The notes below the pieces were generated by a model that was not told the origin of the DNA, searched no databases, and saw only the letters and a list, made by a program, of their open reading frames with translations. From assembly GCA_020891255.1 (NCBI GenBank), contig BQFW01000008.1:2852001-2916000 (forward strand): a stretch of 64,000 bases of DNA, read 5' to 3'. Source of the DNA: Entomortierella parvispora E1425 (lineage: Eukaryota > Fungi > Mortierellomycota). A program made the translations under genes and the position numbers. Below are positions 1 to 11,266 of the stretch, piece after piece (the stretch's first letter is position 1; the number at the start of each line of letters is the position of its first letter).

Positions 1-245
1 CGATGGTATCGATGGGTCGGATGGTCGTTCTCCTGGGTAGGCTTCCTGGCCGTGTAAAGATGTCGAAGGTCCTTAGTGACTGCTATCCTCCTGGCTGGCT
101 TTGAAAAGACTCTCGGCCTATATCACCGACCATGATGTTTGATCAAAAGAGGGCGTGCAATCAACGCGCACAGAACCAGGATTTATTGGTGGGCAGCCAA
201 AACCTTGTCTGTCTTACCCTTAAGAAGAAATCTCATCCTTGCCAT
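1..245 (-). CDS. 5' part of an unidentified spliced gene running off the window start
   Basis: ATG at 245 (MARMRFLLK), GTAAGA donor, ATAG acceptor near 119, then an open frame GRESFQKPARRIAVTKDLRHLYTARKPTQENDHPTHRYH to the window edge. No family recognised. Confidence 0.35.
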
Positions 246-813
246 GGAAACCCCTTCTGCCCTCTGTTCGCTACCCTCCTACTCGTTCACTTCCCCTCTC
301 CCTCTCTTCTTTTAAAACATGCCAACATTTATTAACACACATGGACGACGGGAATAGCAACACAATATCGGGAAATCTGGGAGCGGCATTTTGACCCCAA
401 CTCATGGAATAAAAGAGAGTGTTGTCACACCTCCCTTACAACCCTTTGCATCTGATCCGAGAAGGTCGATAACCAACTGTACGAAACAGCCCTTCAAAAA
501 AAAACTAATGGCGGTCCGCTGAAAATGATGCCCGCTTATTAGTATATGTGATTTTTAACAGCAACAGCAAGAATTGCTTGAGTTGGTTCGTCACCTTGAT
601 GCATTTGACTGTTTTTTTCCCCCCTCTTGAAGCACTCTAAAAGCACTCAAACAGCAATGAGCATCAATAAAGCAGGATCAGTTTTAGAAGCATCCTCAGA
701 AAAGAAGGCTAGGGCAAAGGGGATCGGACTCGGTGGACGAACTAAGAGACGAGAAACAATTACGTGAATAACATCGAGGAATCTGCACAGTCTCGGGCCA
801 CGGGCATACACGT

Positions 814-1463
814 TTATGCTGAATTGAGATCAGAGATGAGTTCTGCTAGTTTGTGTCTGCTATTTCCAAAGAACTGGCCAACCTTAGACCCCTTGTTAAA
901 GGCCTGGAAAGAGGGTGCGGTTCGAACACCGACAGTCTCGCTGACCTGCGGGAGCAATTCCAGGTCAACAGTCAAGAAATCGATATCGGGGTGTTCGTTT
1001 GAGAGCGCGTCCAGGGCACTGGAGATATTGCGGTGAACCTCTCTATTCCGGAAATTGAGTTGAAGTTGATTAGAGGGTGCAAAGGAACTGGAAACTGAAA
1101 TGAGCTCGTTTTCGGCCACTTGCTGAAAGGGGATGCATGGCAAAGTACAGAGCCAACAGCCGTGCAACATTTTTTTGATTCCCACGCTTAGGATGAAAGA
1201 AGGGGTGTGGATTGAGTAATGGGAGAAGAGGCCGACCCTGAAGTTTCTGCACCTGGCTTCACCTCTTTCAGTGGCAATGATCTTCCTCAAACAAAACACT
1301 CTGCAGTCTTCTGAAAAAAAAAGATCTAAGGGTACTCAGCCATGCTAATTCTGCCAAGGAAGGGGACATACTCATTGCTGGAGTTGCTATATTCTACGAT
1401 AATCTTTCGATCGGATCGAATATATTCTAGGAACTCTTTCGGATCGACAATCGTCAGGATCAT
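814..1463 (-). CDS. Thioredoxin-fold protein lacking CxxC (106 aa, 2 exons: 1463-1372, 1042-814)
   Basis: GTATGT donor at 1371 and CTAAT branch plus ATAG acceptor at 1043 join in frame (92+229=321 nt). The product follows the thioredoxin pattern (IIVEY...FLTVD...VRTAPSFQAFNKGSKVGQFFG) but has SNEEVH where WCGPC is expected. Confidence 0.7.
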
Positions 1464-2592
1464 TGTGACACTTCGGCTGCTTGGCTGAACTTGTGGGACG
1501 TCTAATGTACGGAACTCGAGTTGTTGGTGGAAAGGGCAACTATCTTGGGTCGAGATTTTGGCCAGGAGGTTGTGCGGAAACAGAGGGTAAGAAACCAAAA
1601 AGCAAAAAAGAAGGAAAGAAAGAAAGGAAAAACTTCCTTTGGGATTGTGTTGCCCCTGAATTGACAGGTGGCAGGAGAGAGCCAACAGCACAGCCACCCT
1701 TCTTTAATACCATTGTACAATAGGTGTTTTTCTCAAGATCACCCGAAGGGATTACAGTTTTACTCTCTCGGTGTAGTATCTGCCTATAACAAGCGCACGC
1801 ACATCATCTCACCCATTTGATATTTCGTGGTCGTAACTTTACCGGCCAATGTAAGGAAGAGGAGCCGTCTGAAAGGGACTTCGACATGGCTGAGATCCCA
1901 AAATTTTCAACCTTCGCAGCGCCTCACGAATCTATAGCTTTCGTTTGTCGGCTTGACAAGCCGAGACTTGACACAAGTGTGTGGATTGATGTCACGGTCT
2001 CCGAGGACATGTCGGAAAGAATTCCTTTGAATCCTTGGTGAACCTAGAAGGGATGCAGCGAGCCTCGGCCTTATGTATGAGAGGGAATTGGGCTATTGGA
2101 CGACTTCGATCTCTCCCAAGGCTCACTTGGTTTCTCTGCACAGTGATAGACGCGGACAACATGTATTTCCATACGAAGTTTGAGAAGGATCGGATCCTGT
2201 TGGCACGAAGGAAACACCAATACATAGGGCAGACCCGGCCAAGATTTGGATCACCTGTTGGGACGGTGGACATATACAAGACCCAAAGTTCCTGATGAGG
2301 AGTAATTTAATAGTCTCAATTGAAGAAAGTGTCAAATCTTTCACTCTCGGCTACATTAGTTTATAATCCGAGCTATCAAAGAGATCGAAGACGAGAGGGT
2401 TGCGCTTTTCTCCCATCCTCGTCCCTGATTTTTTTTTCACTACATCGCGTGGCACGTGACAAGATGTGCGGTGTGTGGCTGGCGGCTGGCGCTTGTTGCT
2501 CTGATGCTCTCGCGCTCATGCATCTCTTCACTCGCGCCATTCCTTTTCATTCATTTCTCTGAATCAATTCTGCTGTCTCCATACACATCCTC

Positions 2593-4182
2593 ATGGACAT
2601 TCCTGAGATACGAGCAGAAGTCGGCCTTTATCTTCGTGGCGGTAATGAGAAACCCAATTTTCTTGCGCTTACTCAATGCGCGCGTGTCTGCAAGGCCTGG
2701 CGAGACACCTTTATCCCGCTTCTCTACCGCACCATCGACACCAACCACTTCTCGGTGGATACGCCTGGAATGTCAAAGCTCATAAGTTTGGCGCTTGGAT
2801 TACAGCGACATGGACGCCACCTCACACGACTGTCGTTGGGTCTGCCCTTTCCATATCTCGACGTCTTTACAACTTCGACAGGAAATATCAAACGCCTTTC
2901 CATTGTCCAAGATGAAAACACTGAGACGAACAAGGACGCCTTGGGTGATCAGCATAAACTGCGGACTCTTTTGAACAACAACCCGGGGATAGAGTATCTC
3001 TATATATCGCTGGCCCATGACTTGGAACTCTCCAGAACCGTTGGACAGATTATTCAGCACTGTCTGCAGCTGAAGGAACTCGAGGTGGAGGGGGGCGTCT
3101 TTGATCTTGCGGATCTGATTTATATCAACGGACTATCACGCCTCTCCAAAGTCTGTATCAGTGAGAGCGATATCAAAGTCACAGGCGAGCATCTACTTCG
3201 GACACCAACCCTACCGAGCCTCAGACACTTTGGGCTTTCTGAGGTTAGAAATGAGACAATTGCCGCTGCTATTGAGATGATTTCGAATTGGCCTCATTTG
3301 GAGAGTTTGACTTTTTCAGTCGAATTCAACCCTTCCTCCAAGAGACGTATCTTCTTTCCCCAACCACAAAACGCACTGCGAATGTTCCAACCTTCGGCGC
3401 AAATCTCGAAGCTATCACTCCAGGGTATGAAATTAACGGATCAAGATTTGGCGCGTGTATTGGATGGATGCCCTGCTCTTTCAAATCTCGAGATTGCTGA
3501 TATGGATAACGGGGAGACATCCTTTGGGTCGTTACTCAAGCTGGCAGGGTCTTTAACGAGCCTGGAATTGAGCTGCGAGGGACTAAGCAGATACTGGACT
3601 CCACAGCGACTCCTTTGCTCTCTTCCGAATCTCGAGCTGTTCAGCTGTGATGTGATGGATGTCGACGAGCTGTACTTTGGTGCGACTCTGGAAGAGGAGC
3701 TTTTATTAACAGAGAAGTGGCAACGGCATATGAGGCGGAGTTATCCAGGACTTGAGGACGAGCCCAAGACAGGACCGGCGGAGGGACACTCACGCGGCCG
3801 GTGGATATGTAAGGGGCTCCAGACACTTAAGATGGAGTCATTGACGCTGTCTTTGGACAATGACCGAAACAAAGCGTTCATGGATCAATTGGGTGGCCTG
3901 CAGGAGCTCGATGAGTTTTATGCCCTTAACAGTCGCCGTCAAGTCATTGTTACCGAAGCATCAGCATACTACTCGAACACAGCGTCGCGATTTGTGGAAA
4001 ACAATGTCTCGGATGAACCTGTCCAGATGTTGGTGCACGACAGTGACAGGTCTTTGAGTAGGTACGATCTGATGCAGGACCCAAGCAAGCAGTGGATTTT
4101 GACACTTTGGCCCTGGATACAATGCTATATGGGTCCATGTCAACCATTCACATCAAAGCAGGATGAGCTCGCAGTCATTTAA
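2593..4182 (+). CDS. F-box/LRR (RNI-like) protein, tandem copy 1 (529 aa, intronless)
   Basis: N-terminal MDIPEIRAEVGLYL...CARVCKAWRDTFIPLLY F-box-like motif, LxxLxL repeats, C-terminal WICKGLQTL and WILTLWP motifs. Confidence 0.8.
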   Translation: MDIPEIRAEVGLYLRGGNEKPNFLALTQCARVCKAWRDTFIPLLYRTIDTNHFSVDTPGMSKLISLALGLQRHGRHLTRLSLGLPFPYLDVFTTSTGNIKRLSIVQDENTETNKDALGDQHKLRTLLNNNPGIEYLYISLAHDLELSRTVGQIIQHCLQLKELEVEGGVFDLADLIYINGLSRLSKVCISESDIKVTGEHLLRTPTLPSLRHFGLSEVRNETIAAAIEMISNWPHLESLTFSVEFNPSSKRRIFFPQPQNALRMFQPSAQISKLSLQGMKLTDQDLARVLDGCPALSNLEIADMDNGETSFGSLLKLAGSLTSLELSCEGLSRYWTPQRLLCSLPNLELFSCDVMDVDELYFGATLEEELLLTEKWQRHMRRSYPGLEDEPKTGPAEGHSRGRWICKGLQTLKMESLTLSLDNDRNKAFMDQLGGLQELDEFYALNSRRQVIVTEASAYYSNTASRFVENNVSDEPVQMLVHDSDRSLSRYDLMQDPSKQWILTLWPWIQCYMGPCQPFTSKQDELAVI

Positions 4183-4427
4183 AGCCCCTTACGAAATGGT
4201 CGATGAACGTGCTTGAAATAAAGGGGTACTGTGATACTGTATCTTGAAAACGACAGTTGCGCCCAGGGCGCATCCGTCCCTGAAAATTTTTGGGCCTGGG
4301 AGAAAAAAGCGTGGCACGTGTCAGGGGGCGATCTTGTTCGTGTTTTTTTTGATTTTTTCTTTTAGCATGCATTCCTTTTCACACGCCATTCCCTTGAATC
4401 AATCCTGCTGTCTTCATACGAATCCTC

Positions 4428-6017
4428 ATGGACATTCCAGAAATACGAGCAAAAGTCGGTTTTCATCTGCGGGTGGGTGATGCGAAACCCAGCCGTCTTG
4501 CACTCACTCAATGCGCGCGTGTCTGCAAGGCCTGGCGAGACACCTTTATTCCGCTTCTCTACGGAACCATCGACACCAACCATTTCTCCGTGGAGTCCCC
4601 TGGAATGTCAAAGCTCATAAGTTTGACACTAGGTTTGCATCGACATGGGCGCTACCTCACACAACTGTCCCTGAGACTGCCCTTTACCTATCTCGACGTC
4701 TTTACAATTTCGACGGGGAATATCAAACGCCTTTCCATTGTCCAAGGTACAGAAGTTGAAATCGATAAGGACCCCCTGGGAGACCAACGCAACATGCGGA
4801 CTATTTTGAACAACAACCCTGGGATAGAGTATCTCTCTATGTCGTTGTTCCCTACCTTTGAACTCTCCAGAACCATTGGACAGATTGTTCAGCACTGTCT
4901 GCAATTGAAGGAGCTCTGCGTGGTGGGAGGCATCTATGATCTCGCGGATGTATTTTATCTACATGGGTTGTCACGCCTCTCCAGTGTCTCTATAGAGAGC
5001 GATATCAAAGTCACGGGGGAGTATCTGGTTCGGACACCAACCCTGCCGAGCCTCAGACACATTGGGCTTTCTGACGTTAGAGATGACACCATCCCCGCTG
5101 CTATTGAGATGATCTCGAATTGGCCCCAATTGGAGAGTTTGGCTCTTTCGGCTGTCTCCGACAGTTCCTCCAAAAAGCAAACCTCCTTCCAAACACGGCA
5201 CGCCTTGCGGACGTTCCAACTCTCGGCGCAAATCTCGAAACTTAAACTTGAGTATCTGGAATTAACGGATCAAGATCTGGAGCGTGTTTTGGACGGATGC
5301 CCTGCTCTTTCAAATCTCGAAATTTGTGGTATGAGAGATGGTGAGGCATCCTTTGCATCTTTACTCAAGCTCGCAGGGACCTTAACGGACCTAGAATTGA
5401 ATTGTGAGAAGGAGAGCAGATATTGGACACCGCAGCGCCTCCTTAGCTCTCTTCCCAAACTCAAGCAATTCGGATGTGATGTGATGGATGTCGACGAGTT
5501 GTACTTTGGTGCGACTCTGGAAGATGAGCTTTTATTAACAGAGAAATGGCGACGATACACAAGGCAGAGTTATCCAGGGATTGGAGGCAAGCCGCAGACA
5601 GGACAGGGGAAGGAGCAGCCACGAGGCCGGTGGATATGTGAGGGGCTTCAGAAACTTGACATGGAGGCATTGATCCTGTCTCTGGATCCTGACCGGAACA
5701 AAGCGTTCATGGATCAGTTGAGTGGCCTGAAGGATATCCGAGAGTTTGTCTCCTTTGCCAGTTACCATCAACGCAGAGTCACTAAAGTGTCTGACCACTA
5801 CTCACGCCCAGCGTCAGCATTGGTAAAGCATGTCTCGAATGAACCTTCCCACATATCGTATATGTGCGAGTCGTTGAGTGGGCGCGATCTAATGCAGGAC
5901 CCAAGCAAGCAGTGGATTCTGACACTTTGGCCCAGTATACAAATCTACACGGGTCCAAGCCAGCCATTTTACGAAGAATGTCGACGAAACAGAGTGAAGT
6001 GGAGTTCCCTGGAATAA
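4428..6017 (+). CDS. F-box/LRR protein, tandem copy 2 (529 aa, intronless)
   Basis: Same length as copy 1 and colinear with it, with long shared stretches (TQCARVCKAWRDTFIPLLY, DVMDVDELYFGATLE, DLMQDPSKQWILTLWP). Start offset 1835 bp. Confidence 0.8.
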   Translation: MDIPEIRAKVGFHLRVGDAKPSRLALTQCARVCKAWRDTFIPLLYGTIDTNHFSVESPGMSKLISLTLGLHRHGRYLTQLSLRLPFTYLDVFTISTGNIKRLSIVQGTEVEIDKDPLGDQRNMRTILNNNPGIEYLSMSLFPTFELSRTIGQIVQHCLQLKELCVVGGIYDLADVFYLHGLSRLSSVSIESDIKVTGEYLVRTPTLPSLRHIGLSDVRDDTIPAAIEMISNWPQLESLALSAVSDSSSKKQTSFQTRHALRTFQLSAQISKLKLEYLELTDQDLERVLDGCPALSNLEICGMRDGEASFASLLKLAGTLTDLELNCEKESRYWTPQRLLSSLPKLKQFGCDVMDVDELYFGATLEDELLLTEKWRRYTRQSYPGIGGKPQTGQGKEQPRGRWICEGLQKLDMEALILSLDPDRNKAFMDQLSGLKDIREFVSFASYHQRRVTKVSDHYSRPASALVKHVSNEPSHISYMCESLSGRDLMQDPSKQWILTLWPSIQIYTGPSQPFYEECRRNRVKWSSLE

Positions 6018-6137
6018 AAGTGAAGTTGAGCTGGTCCCTGAATCAAACAGTCACAGGATGTGATGCATCTTTCATCTCTGCAGTGCCATCCTACCATCGA
6101 CACGAAGGAACATCTGCCGACTCCACACCAAACCCTC

Positions 6138-7676
6138 ATGGAGATTCCAGAGATCAGGTTTCTCATCGGTCTCCATCTCCATGGGCAAGATTTAAAAGTC
6201 ACCCGCCGTTCACTTGCAAAATGTGTGCGCGTGTCGAAGGATTGGCAGGAAACTTTTATTCCGCTTCTCTACGGTACCATCGACACCAGTCACTTCTCAG
6301 CCGATGTTCCTAGAATGACAAGGTTTGCAAGTTTGACGCTGGGTTTACAGAGGCATGGACGTCACCTCTCACGACTGTCAATAAGCCTGCCCTCTGTCTA
6401 TCTCGACAGCTTGGCAACTACGACGGGAAATATCAGACACCTTTCCATCGTGGACGATAAAACAGTCGCAGCGGATCAGGGCACTTTGAACAATCAATTC
6501 AAATTACGGACTCTCTTGAACAACAACCCCCAGATAGAAACTGTATCCATGTCGTTGCGCTTCAGCCGTCATCCCTCAAGGTTTATTGGACAGATCGTCC
6601 AGCACTGTCAGCGGCTACAGAAATTCGAAGTCGTCGGGACTTCTTTTGATCTTGCAGACCTGCTTTATCTCAATGGACTTTTATACCTTTCCGACATTTG
6701 TATTTTCAAGTGCGGAATCAAGGCGACTGGAGGGCCACTGCTTCGGGTGCCATCTTTACCAAGCCTCAGACAAGTCGACCTTTCACTCATTGACGATGAT
6801 GCCATGCCGGCGGTTATTGAGATTATATCGAATTCGCCTCATTTGGACAAATTGTCTCTTACCTGTGACGGTGTGCCCTCCCCCGCAACACAAGACGCGC
6901 TTCAGACCCTTCGACCCTCGCCGCGGCTGTGGAGCCTGGAGCTTATGAGTGTGTACACGACGGATCAGGACTTGGCGCGTATTTTGGATGAATGTCCTGC
7001 TCTCACGAACCTCTGCCTCTTTAATGTGCATGTTGGCGAGGCATCTCTCACTTCTTTGATCGGCCTGGCGGGTACTTTGACGCACTTGAGTTTGACGGGT
7101 GAGAACGACTGGGGCTATTGGACGCCGCGTCGAATCCTCTGTTCACTTCCGAAGCTCGTAGAGTTTTGCTGTTCAAGAATAGATATTGACGAGATGTTCT
7201 TTGACTGGGCTGGGGCGCAAAAGTTTTCAGCATCATGGAAAATCCAGCAGGTCAAGGAACGATTTCAGTCAGAATTCGAAAAAGAGGATGAAGACGGACA
7301 CGTCAAGGATCACCCTGTGGGACACTGGATATGCAGAGGACTTCAGCGATTGGATACAGGGGAACTTATCCTCTCTCCGAACAATGACAGGAACCAGGCG
7401 TTCATCCATGAATGGCAGCAGCTTCAGCACCTGACGTATTTTGTTGCTGATTATACCTCGTGTCGAGTTCTTGCCACTCAAGTCTCGGACTTTTACCCGT
7501 CCTCTTTGAAGTCTGAGGAAACACCAAAGATGCAAGGAGCTACCAGAGCTGCGGAGACCAACATATGTTTAGACAGGCGCAGTCTGTTGCAAAACCCGAA
7601 ATTGCAGTGCATTCCGGAAATATGGCCCAAAATACAGTCTTACAGAGGACCTACCTTTTCTCGTTCCATGACTTAG
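6138..7676 (+). CDS. F-box/LRR protein, tandem copy 3 (more diverged)
   Basis: MEIPEIRFLIGLHL...CVRVSKDWQETFIPLLYGTIDT aligns to copies 1 and 2. The start is placed at the ATG homologous to theirs; the ORF track extends to 6060. Confidence 0.78.
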   Translation: MEIPEIRFLIGLHLHGQDLKVTRRSLAKCVRVSKDWQETFIPLLYGTIDTSHFSADVPRMTRFASLTLGLQRHGRHLSRLSISLPSVYLDSLATTTGNIRHLSIVDDKTVAADQGTLNNQFKLRTLLNNNPQIETVSMSLRFSRHPSRFIGQIVQHCQRLQKFEVVGTSFDLADLLYLNGLLYLSDICIFKCGIKATGGPLLRVPSLPSLRQVDLSLIDDDAMPAVIEIISNSPHLDKLSLTCDGVPSPATQDALQTLRPSPRLWSLELMSVYTTDQDLARILDECPALTNLCLFNVHVGEASLTSLIGLAGTLTHLSLTGENDWGYWTPRRILCSLPKLVEFCCSRIDIDEMFFDWAGAQKFSASWKIQQVKERFQSEFEKEDEDGHVKDHPVGHWICRGLQRLDTGELILSPNNDRNQAFIHEWQQLQHLTYFVADYTSCRVLATQVSDFYPSSLKSEETPKMQGATRAAETNICLDRRSLLQNPKLQCIPEIWPKIQSYRGPTFSRSMT

Positions 7677-7769
7677 GAGAAGTAAAATAAAAAAATAAAA
7701 AAATAAAAAAACTATTAAATATTGGTTCTATGGTTTTATTTAGGTGTCTAAAAAAGGTGTCTTCTCTTC

Positions 7770-8484
7770 TTACGAACGTTGGACAAACTGGTCGAGCTTG
7801 GCCAAATCTTCGCAGTCGTTCTCAACCAACTGGGATTTCTATAGTCCAAAGATATGGAGACGAAGGAGGTCAGTAAAAAAGAAGTAAAAAGCAAGTGGCA
7901 AAATATGATCTGTGTCATATCCAGGCAGCAAAACATACGGTGGCCCAGTGGACAAGGGTGGGAACGGCAGTGATCTTGATGACCTTGTCGTGACGCAAAG
8001 GGTGCTCAGGGCTCTTCCATCTAATGTTTTTATAGCCGGAAACAATGGGTTGTCAGCATTCACAAGATCCAATTGTATCTGCGCGTCAAGGTAACAACAT
8101 ATAAAAGCGCGACGGAACATACGTGGGACGATCGCCGACGGGGGCATCAATGAGGACGGCATTGTCAAGACGCGAGAAATGCTCGGCAACAATGGGGCCA
8201 GCTATGTGGATGTCAAGAGAATGCAGAGGCCGTCAGAACGATGAAAGTAGATATCGATGATACATTTCAGATTGAAGGTGCGGAGCGTGAGCTCCTCTGG
8301 AAGCAGAGGGAGAGAGAGAGTACTTACCGGTGACACAGTCGGGGCACCATGACTTTCCGGTGGCGGGATCAATAGAGGCATAGAAATAGACAAAGACGTT
8401 CTTGCCGTGGTTCTCAGCGACGGCCTTGTCAGCAACATGGTGAAGCTGGTCAATGGAAGTGAGGTTGATGATGGTGGCAGGCAT
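7770..8484 (-). CDS. TXNDC17: Thioredoxin domain-containing protein 17 (TRP14/DUF953 family), 4 exons
   Basis: Spliced product MPATIINL...YFYASIDPATGKSWCPDCVT-AGPIVAEHF...VGDRPT-WKSPEHPLRHDKVIKITAVPTLVHWAT-KSQLVENDC...*. The WCPDC active site is diagnostic and all introns are GT-AG. Confidence 0.88.
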
Positions 8485-8851
8485 GGTGGAATGAAGGAAG
8501 GCTGAAAGGAAGGAGGGAGGAATGCAGGGATGATGTTGATGGGGAAAGAAAAAAGAGAGGAAAGGAGAGGAAGAAAGAGAGAAAGAGGACCGAGGTTCGC
8601 TGCAGTCTGCGGAGAACACACAGAAGTCGCACGGATGGATGACAAAGGAAAAGTGCCGCCCGTTTTTTTGTTCTCCACAGAGCAGATCGCCTCATTGCGG
8701 TGGGAAATTCGCACCGCGCGCGAGTGGACGGCGAGCGGCGGACAGGAGGGAGGGAGGGAAGGGGAACAAACAGCCAAGCCACCACTTTTTTTTTCTTTTT
8801 TTTTTGTGTCTGTCTGTCTGTCTGCGGCATCCTTCATTCATTCATACTCTC

Positions 8852-11266
8852 ATGCGAAGAGGTTTGCAAGGCATCGCATCGACTCTCATTGGACTAGGAA
8901 CTCGCTCTCTCGGATACACTCGTCGCACTACCTCACTCGTCAGGACTCTCGCCACTGCAACCACGCCTAGATACCATCGGCACGACTCCGACTACGACTA
9001 CGACTACTTTACCATGTCAGAGTCCCAGCAGCAGCCGCTGAACCAGAAACACAACGTCGATACCCCGGCGCCTCCAGGGTTCAAGAAGGTGACCGAGGGC
9101 AAGGCCACCATTCTCTTCCCCGACACCAACGAAGTCTTTTACAACCCCATTCAAGAGTTCAACCGTGACATCTCTATCGCTGCCATCCGCACTTGGGACC
9201 AGCTTTTCCAGGAGGAGCGTCGCGCTAAACTCGATGCAAAGAAGGCTCGCAAGGATGCTGCAGATGCCAAGCGGGCCCAGGATGGATTGCCCCCACTTCC
9301 CAAGAAGGAACCCTATGAAGGACAGGAGGAGAACTCGTCACCTACTCGCCCAATCACCATCCTAGAAGCCTTGTCCGCTTCTGGTCTGAGATCGGTTCGT
9401 TACGCAAAGGAGATTCCCAACGTCAAACATATTCTCACCAACGATCTGGAGGCCGATGCTGTCGCCTCAATCAAGAGAAATGCCGACTTTAACGGGATCA
9501 GCCCCGACCTTTTGGAGCCTCACAAAGGAGACGCCATGTAAGATCGGCACTCTGACTATTTTGAATGGACTTTCGATCCGGATCGACTGGTTACACGCCA
9601 CTAAACTGTTCCTTTTGAAATTCGTAGTGATGTGCTCTACCAACATCGTGACCCTGCCAAGCGCTACGACGTCATCGATCTGGATCCTTACGGAACTGCC
9701 TCTCCTTTCATTGACGGAGCTGTTCAGGCTGTGAGCGAAGGAGGTATGCGATCCAGGAATACTGTCTTCAGGGATGGAGAGGGGAGGAGGAGGGAGGGAG
9801 AGGTTGACTCATTTAGATCATTCGAGCCGCAGCATTTACGAATATTCTTCAATTTTAGGTCTTCTCTGCGTGACATGCACGGATCTCGCTGTTTTGGCAG
9901 GAAGCAATTATACAGAGGCATGCTTCTCAAAGTATGGAGGACACCCCGTCAAGGCTGAATTTACGCACGAGGTCGCCCTTCGTCTTGTTCTCAATACCCT
10001 CTCTGCCTCTGCAGCACGTTACAAGCGCCACATCGTGCCCTTGGTGTCTTTGAGCATTGATTACTACCTTCGTGTATTTGTCCGCGTTTACACCTCTCCT
10101 GCTGAAGTCAAAATGCTTGCCAGGTATGACATTGATACCATTTCCATTTATTGGTCCGGAGTACTTACAAGATTACTGTAGTTGCTTACCATTTCACTAT
10201 TTCTCAATTGCTATAGCAAAACCATGTTGGCGTATGTTTGCTGTGGATGCCAGTCGACTTGGACACAGCCATTGGGAAAGGTGACAACTGGAGCCAAGGG
10301 ACACAAAAAGTTCCAGGTCAACACTGGACCACCAGTAGACAGACACTGCGAGTTCTGTGGAAGCAAGTTCCACGTACGTTTTCCTTTTTTCCTCTGTCGC
10401 TTCTTAAGGATTGGAACATAGTGCTCCGACAAATGTTGACACTCATTTCAATTTGTGCTTCTTGTTGTAAATAGGTTGCTGGACCTATGTGGGGAAAGGA
10501 GCTTCACTCTGTGGATTTCATCAACCGTATGTTGGAGCACGTCAAGGATGCACAGGCGCTGTACAGGACTCAGCCCCGTATTTTGGGAATGTTGTCCGTC
10601 TGCAAGGAGGAGATTGAGTCTCCTTTCTACTACACTGCCAATGGACTCTCTGGAACTGTGCACTCCACCAGCATCAAACTTCTCCAAGTCATGTATGTTT
10701 CTCAGCCCTTCTTGGAGAACGAGCCCTTGCCAATTCATTGCAACTAACGGGCTTTGTGTTTGTCCTCAATTAGGTCCGCACTCCTCCATCAAGGATACAA
10801 GGTTTCAGGATCGCATGCTGCAGAAGGATCAATTAAAACGGATGCGCCACCATCAGCTCTGTGGGATATCATGAGATCATGGGTCAAGTTGAACCCTGTC
10901 AAGAACATTGCAGAGGGATCGACGGCGGCGAGAATCTTGGCAGTGGAGCCAGCAACGATTGCCAACTTTGAGATGCACCCCGACGCGGTGTCCGAGTCAA
11001 GAAAGAAGAAATTGGTCCGTTATCAGATGAATCCCACCAAAAACTGGGGGCCCCAAGCTCGCGCTGGAGGAAACAACAAGCGCAAGGCGTAAGTGAACAA
11101 ACCATTGTGTTTTTGGATGGAGAAATATATGGAGAACCTGTCTTTTTTAACAATGAGGTTCTATTTTGACCATAGGGAGGACAGCGCACCTGAGGGATCA
11201 TCCAAGGAAGCAAAGTCTGAAGAAGCTGTGTCGGAGGAGGGTGACTCTTCAGCGGCCAAGGAGTGA
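8852..11266 (+). CDS. TRM1: tRNA (guanine26-N2)-dimethyltransferase, 7 exons, two in-frame ATGs (8852, 9014)
   Basis: Motifs [60 protein letters not shown] and Zn-finger-like CCGC..CEFCG. The last intron 11089-11175 adds an acidic tail ending TGA 11266. Confidence 0.92.

Noticed and set aside
1817-2295. Two overlapping plus-strand ORFs that could be a frameshifted gene
   Set aside because: No recognisable motif or convincing splice signals were found.
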